Source: Lachnospiraceae bacterium (GTDB taxonomy: Bacteria; Bacillota; Clostridia; Lachnospirales; Lachnospiraceae). Taken from it: DNA of 64,000 bases. Below the pieces are notes generated by a model. The model made no database searches. It had not been told where the DNA came from and saw nothing but the letters and a program-made list of their open reading frames with translations. The first letter of the stretch is position 1. Every line of letters starts with the position of its first letter. The stretch is taken from assembly GCA_021201095.1 (NCBI GenBank), contig JAJQFO010000123.1:3871-67870 (forward strand), read 5' to 3'. Shown here piece by piece: positions 59,679 through 64,000 of this stretch. The position numbers and the translations under genes were made by a program.

Positions 59679-60038
59679 ATGAACGATTTTTTTAAGGCAG
59701 TTGTGGATGCGGATGAGGAACCGATTGTGATCTGTGATATGGAGCATATCATTGTTTATATGAATCCCGTCGCCATAAAGAGATATGAAAAGAGCGGCGG
59801 GGAGAAGCTCCTTGGGAAATCTATTTTTGACTGTCACAATGCCCGTTCAAAAGAAATTATTTTATCTGTAGTTGCGCAGTTTTCTGCCAACCCTGATCTG
59901 AACAGGGTGCATACGTACACAAAAAACTGGGACGGCGCGGACAGCGATGTCTATATGATCGCTTTAAGAGACGAAAGTGGGAAGCTGATCGGCTATTATG
60001 AAAAACACGAGAGCCGCATTCATGAGGCAGACCGCTGA
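59679..60038 (+). CDS. Stand-alone PAS-domain protein
   Basis: PIVICD…IVYMN…LLGKSIFDCH…GKLIGYYE. Confidence 0.75.
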   Translation: MNDFFKAVVDADEEPIVICDMEHIIVYMNPVAIKRYEKSGGEKLLGKSIFDCHNARSKEIILSVVAQFSANPDLNRVHTYTKNWDGADSDVYMIALRDESGKLIGYYEKHESRIHEADR

Positions 60039-61003
60039 TGGAGAAAAACATGGGAATAGTTGTGATAGGAGCGGTTTTTGTGGACATTAAAGGGTTCCCG
60101 GAGGATACCTACCTTCCAAATGGACGGAATGCGGGAACCATCGAATACATCCACGGCGGCGTGAGCAGAAATGTGGTAGAAAATATTGCGAATCTGGAGC
60201 TGCGGCCGACCTTTATCAGTTTGGTGGATGACAGCGCCCTGGGAACCGAGGTTGTGCAGAAGCTGCGCCGTCACAAGGTGAAGCTGGATTATGTCCGCAC
60301 AGTGCCAGATGGAATGGGTACCTGGCTGGCAGTTTTCGACAGCACCGGCGATGTGGCGGGCTCCATTTCCAAACGCCCGGATCTGATGCCGATTCTGCAA
60401 ACACTGGAGGAGCATGGCGATGAAATTTTTGCCGGCGCGGATTCCATCGTGGTAGAAATTGATATCAACAAAGAAATTATCAAAAAAGTATTTGAACTGG
60501 CCGAAAAGCACGGCAAAAAGGTTTACGCAGTTGTATCGAATATGAGCATCGCCTTAAAACGGCGCGACTTTATCAAGCAGCTGGACTGCTTTGTGTGCAA
60601 CCAGCAGGAGGCAGGTCTTCTTTTTGCTGCTGACTATTCAGATAAAGATCCGGAAGAAATGGCAGATTTGCTCGCGGAGCAGCTGCCCAACGCCCAGTAT
60701 CAGGCCATGGTCATTACCATGGGCAGCAAGGGCAGCGTTTACGCGGACAAGACGGGACAAAAAGGCTTCTGTCCGGCAATGAAGGTGCAGGTAAAAGACA
60801 CGACCGGCGCAGGAGATGCCTTTTGCTCCGGCCTGGTTGTCGGTCTGACCTACGGAAAAAATCTGCAGGAGTCCTGCGAGATCGGCACCCGGCTTTCCGC
60901 ATCGGTAATTATCTCGAATGAAAACGTATGCCCGCGATTCCTTCCGCGGGAGCTGGGGATCGAGATCGACGTGGAAGATGACGAAGGGGAAATGATCGGA
61001 TAG
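60038..61003 (+). CDS. PfkB family carbohydrate/nucleoside kinase
   Basis: GGVSRNVVEN, CNQQEA, ITMGSKG, DTTGAGDAF. Confidence 0.85.
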   Translation: MEKNMGIVVIGAVFVDIKGFPEDTYLPNGRNAGTIEYIHGGVSRNVVENIANLELRPTFISLVDDSALGTEVVQKLRRHKVKLDYVRTVPDGMGTWLAVFDSTGDVAGSISKRPDLMPILQTLEEHGDEIFAGADSIVVEIDINKEIIKKVFELAEKHGKKVYAVVSNMSIALKRRDFIKQLDCFVCNQQEAGLLFAADYSDKDPEEMADLLAEQLPNAQYQAMVITMGSKGSVYADKTGQKGFCPAMKVQVKDTTGAGDAFCSGLVVGLTYGKNLQESCEIGTRLSASVIISNENVCPRFLPRELGIEIDVEDDEGEMIG

Positions 61004-61197
61004 CAGATATGCAGAGCTGTTAAAGAAAATCAGACAATTCCGATAAAGAAAGATCCTTCAAAAATCTGATAAAGGAAACTTCAGCAAAGAAAAAGCAGTA
61101 AAGAAAAATAAGAAAATCTGATAACGAGAAAATCAGTAAAGAACAATCGGAAAATGGGCGAAGAAAAACGATTTAAGAAAGCGGGGATCGCAGAAGT

Positions 61198-61698
61198 ATG
61201 CAGGAATATCAGAGGATTACCCATCCATTTGGCCCTCTCTATGATGAAAACAGCAAGCTGCTGATACTGGGCAGCTTTCCCTCCGTAAAATCAAGAGAGC
61301 AGCAGTTCTTCTACGGCCATCCGCAGAACCGTTTCTGGAAGGTGGTCGCAGGCGTCCTGGAAGTGCCGGTTCCGCAGACGATCGAAGAAAAGAAAACCAT
61401 GCTGCGGCAGCATCAGATTGCACTGTGGGATGTCATCGCGGAGTGCGATATCATCGGTTCCAGCGACAGCTCCATCCGCAATGTGATTCCTACCGATTTG
61501 GGACGCATTCTGGAATGCGCGCAGATCCGGCAGATCTACACGAACGGCGGCACCGCCACAAAGCTGTTTGCAAAATATCAGAAGCCCTGCCTTCACCGGG
61601 ATTCCATCGGCCTGCCCTCGACCAGTCCGGCCAACGCCGCCTGGTCCGTCGAACGGCTGCAGGAGAGCTGGCGGGCGGCACTGCGGGAAAGTCTCTGA
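61198..61698 (+). CDS. UDG-superfamily DNA glycosylase (hypoxanthine/deoxyinosine glycosylase-like)
   Basis: LILGSFPS..S, FYGHPQNRFW, LWDV, LPSTSPAN. Confidence 0.85.
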   Translation: MQEYQRITHPFGPLYDENSKLLILGSFPSVKSREQQFFYGHPQNRFWKVVAGVLEVPVPQTIEEKKTMLRQHQIALWDVIAECDIIGSSDSSIRNVIPTDLGRILECAQIRQIYTNGGTATKLFAKYQKPCLHRDSIGLPSTSPANAAWSVERLQESWRAALRESL

Positions 61699-61916
61699 AG
61701 GCATTTGGCGGGCATTCCAGCAGGAAGGCATCTGAAAGCATTTATTCCCGCGAAGCAGCGAGCCAAGTAGCCGGAGTCATAAGGGCACTGAGTGCCGGTG
61801 GCATTGTGGGAAAGTTCATGGAAACATTTGACGGGCGGCCTTTTTGGGGCCGCCTGTGAAGTTTTTGGATAGAGTTTTTCAATGAAATATTATTCCATTT
61901 CAGCATCATGATATTC

Positions 61917-63461
61917 TCAAGAAAAAACGGCTGTCCCCGAGAGATGCTTCTGTGCAAATTCCTGTAAAAGCCGATACATTTCCGGGAAACCGATTCCATT
62001 TTCTACAGCCAGACGGCTGACACTGTCATTTTCCGGAAAATACCTCATGGTCTGTCCATAATCACAGCACTTAATATCCGCGACACCCCAGTCGGTTTCA
62101 ACGGTTACGATTTTGCGCGGCAGCTTCGTGCGCTGCATAGTCTGCCTGCGGATGCCAATAGTAGTTGTATTTTGAAAAATAATCGCTTCCAGCACCTCCC
62201 GGTCTTTAGGCTCGCAGATCGTTTTCAGCAGCCAGGCCGGGCGGTTCTTTTTCATATAAATCGGGATAGAAAATACATCCAGTGCTCCGGCTTCAAGGAG
62301 CTGCTGCATAGTAAAGGCAACCGCCTCCCCGGTGCAGTCATCAATATTGGTCTCAAGGATGAGGATGGCGTCGGCTGACTCATCGGTGATTTTTGGGGCG
62401 CCTGTAATTGTCTGAGCAGCAGAAGCTGCCGGCATTTTTTCCCCGGAGGGTTCCACTAACATCGCCCGTAAAACTCCAGCAGTTGCGTAAACGCGCTTCC
62501 CCGCGCCGAGACCGACCCTGCGGATCCGAAATTGCTCCGGCAGCTTCTCTTTCGTGCGTACAGCCGCAGCAATGGCCGCGCCCGTCGGCGTCACCAGCTC
62601 CCCCTGAATATCTGTCAGACGAAGCACCAGCTCTTCCTGTTCGGCAATTGCCGTGACCGCCGGGACGGGGACCGGAATCAGTCCATGCTGGCAGCGAATC
62701 TGCCCGCAGCCTTCCGTAAGAGCGGACACCACCACTTGATCCGGATGAAGATTATCCAGGCAGACCGCCGCCGCTACGATATCTACAATCGAGTCAACCG
62801 CCCCCACCTCATGAAAATGGACTTCATTGATGCTTTTCCCATGCACTTTGGCTTCCGCTTTTGCCACAATCTCAAAAATACGGATTGCCAGATCAGCAGC
62901 CGCGGCACTTAAATTACCGGCCCGGATAATTTCAACAATATCCTGCAGGTTGCGGGCGTGATGCGAGTGCGCATGGTCGTTTTCTGTGTGTGAGTGAGCG
63001 CACGTTTCTTCCGTGTGGGAATGAGTATGGGAGTGCATATGGCTGTCGTTCATATGAGAGTGAGTACACGTTTCTTCTACGTGAGAATGAGTATGTGAAT
63101 GTGTGTCATTGGTGTGCTGACAAGCGGTCTCAGCGTGGATACTTTCTGGCAGCAACTCAGCGGAAGCCCCTTCCGCATTATGCTCGCGTGCGTGTGCTTC
63201 ATGCATATGCCCGCTCCCATGCAGATACTCCATATCGTGATCATGATTTTCATGCTCTGCGTCCAAAATCACGTGAAAATCGCAGGCCCGGATGCCGGAC
63301 TTATAGACATCCTTAATTTCAATTGAATATCCGGAAAGCGGCAGACTTTTCAGCGCGTCAAGCAGCACCTGCCGGTCCGCGCCGAGATCCAGAAGCGCGG
63401 CCACAGTCATATCGCCGCTGATCCCCGAATTACATTCCAGATATAAAATAGATTCATTCAT
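61917..63461 (-). CDS. larC: Nickel pincer cofactor biosynthesis protein LarC with expanded His-rich region
   Basis: SGISGDM, VHFHEVGAVDSIVDI, GELVTPTGAAI, ETNIDD, MKKNRP, TTTIGIR. Confidence 0.9.
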   Translation of the reverse strand: MNESILYLECNSGISGDMTVAALLDLGADRQVLLDALKSLPLSGYSIEIKDVYKSGIRACDFHVILDAEHENHDHDMEYLHGSGHMHEAHAREHNAEGASAELLPESIHAETACQHTNDTHSHTHSHVEETCTHSHMNDSHMHSHTHSHTEETCAHSHTENDHAHSHHARNLQDIVEIIRAGNLSAAAADLAIRIFEIVAKAEAKVHGKSINEVHFHEVGAVDSIVDIVAAAVCLDNLHPDQVVVSALTEGCGQIRCQHGLIPVPVPAVTAIAEQEELVLRLTDIQGELVTPTGAAIAAAVRTKEKLPEQFRIRRVGLGAGKRVYATAGVLRAMLVEPSGEKMPAASAAQTITGAPKITDESADAILILETNIDDCTGEAVAFTMQQLLEAGALDVFSIPIYMKKNRPAWLLKTICEPKDREVLEAIIFQNTTTIGIRRQTMQRTKLPRKIVTVETDWGVADIKCCDYGQTMRYFPENDSVSRLAVENGIGFPEMYRLLQEFAQKHLSGTAVFS

Positions 63462-63500
63462 GATGATGGATTCCTTTCCTATTATATCTCAGTGCCCTTT

Positions 63501-63739
63501 TATATTGCGCGGCTCTCATTATATGTCCGTAATCGCCTGCGAGTATGGACGAAGGCCGCGCCACTCGCCGGGTTTTGCCCCTCGCTGGGTGGCATCCCAC
63601 GCTTCGCATGGGATATTCCCCAATCTCCGATTGTGGGGCGTGGTATGTCCCCAATCTCTGATTGTGGATGTGGGTATCCCGCACTTCGTACGGGATATAC
63701 AATCGCGAAGCGATTCTATATTGCGCGGCTCTCATTATA
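63501..63739. mobile_element. Family B element (23-bp terminal direct repeats) with an inverted family A element nested inside
   Basis: tatattgcgcggctctcattata at 63501-23 and 63717-39; family A sequence at ~63564-63700 interrupts GCGCC|AATCGC, which is intact at ~26509-26519. Confidence 0.7.
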
Positions 63740-63915
63740 AAACAGAAGCAGAAAATTTTCCACACCAACATAAAGAAAAGCGGCTTGTAATTCTGTGCTG
63801 TTTCCTGTAAGATATAGAAGCAATCGGTATAGGGATCAGGAATAAAGGAAATACTATCATAGCGAGCGACAGATGTCGTTTCCAGTAAGAAAAAAAGCAG
63901 AAAGGACAATCGAAT

Positions 63916-64000
63916 ATGATTATTATAAACACACAGGAACAGTTTGACCTGGAAGTACTCAAGGCCGACAAGCCAGTGCTGGCAGATTTTTTCGCCAACT
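63916..64000 (+). CDS. trxA: Thioredoxin, 5' part (truncated by window edge)
   Basis: MIIINTQEQFDLEVLKADKPVLADFFAN matches the segment preceding WCxxC; RBS AAAGGA. Confidence 0.65.
   Translation, partial: MIIINTQEQFDLEVLKADKPVLADFFAN

Noticed and set aside
61010-61190. A-rich degenerate repeats (AAAGAAAATC-like) before the glycosylase gene
   Set aside because: Low-complexity filler with no consistent unit or structure; covered by the general expansion finding.

Overview
Chromosomal window from a spore-forming gut Firmicute, most consistent with Lachnospiraceae/Clostridia (spoIIID, a T-box, AGGAGG ribosome sites). It is dominated by two carbohydrate loci. The first is hexuronate/pectin (GH2 glucuronidase-like enzyme, MATE, ABC importer, GH28, GH105, kdgK, uxaB, uxaA; 0.3-17.9 kb). 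The second is beta-1,3-glucan/laminaribiose phosphorolysis (GH94 and GH161-like phosphorylases, ABC importer, SBP, YesM/YesN-type two-component system; 31-52 kb). Housekeeping genes (ktrAB, cobM, LCP, thrS, hisH/hisF, ung, spoIIID, larC, thioredoxin) lie between and after them. AT-richer single-gene cassettes with their own promoters sit at operon boundaries. The best candidate for an undescribed system is at 17938-19010: a sigma-70 promoter, then a ~175-nt structured RNA with an H-type pseudoknot, then an intrinsic terminator, then a PBECR4-like (BECR-fold) nuclease gene. This is the layout of an RNA-antitoxin (type III/AbiF-like) module, but with a toxin family I do not know to have a described RNA partner. 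Other notable signals: pervasive in-frame loop insertions in many enzymes, several families of dispersed GNA-triloop hairpin repeats (one nested in another, and two inverted copies bracketing the GH28 gene), very acidic substrate-binding proteins without a lipobox, and a Thr T-box separated from thrS by a small ORF. All family calls come from motif recognition by eye; no database searches were run.
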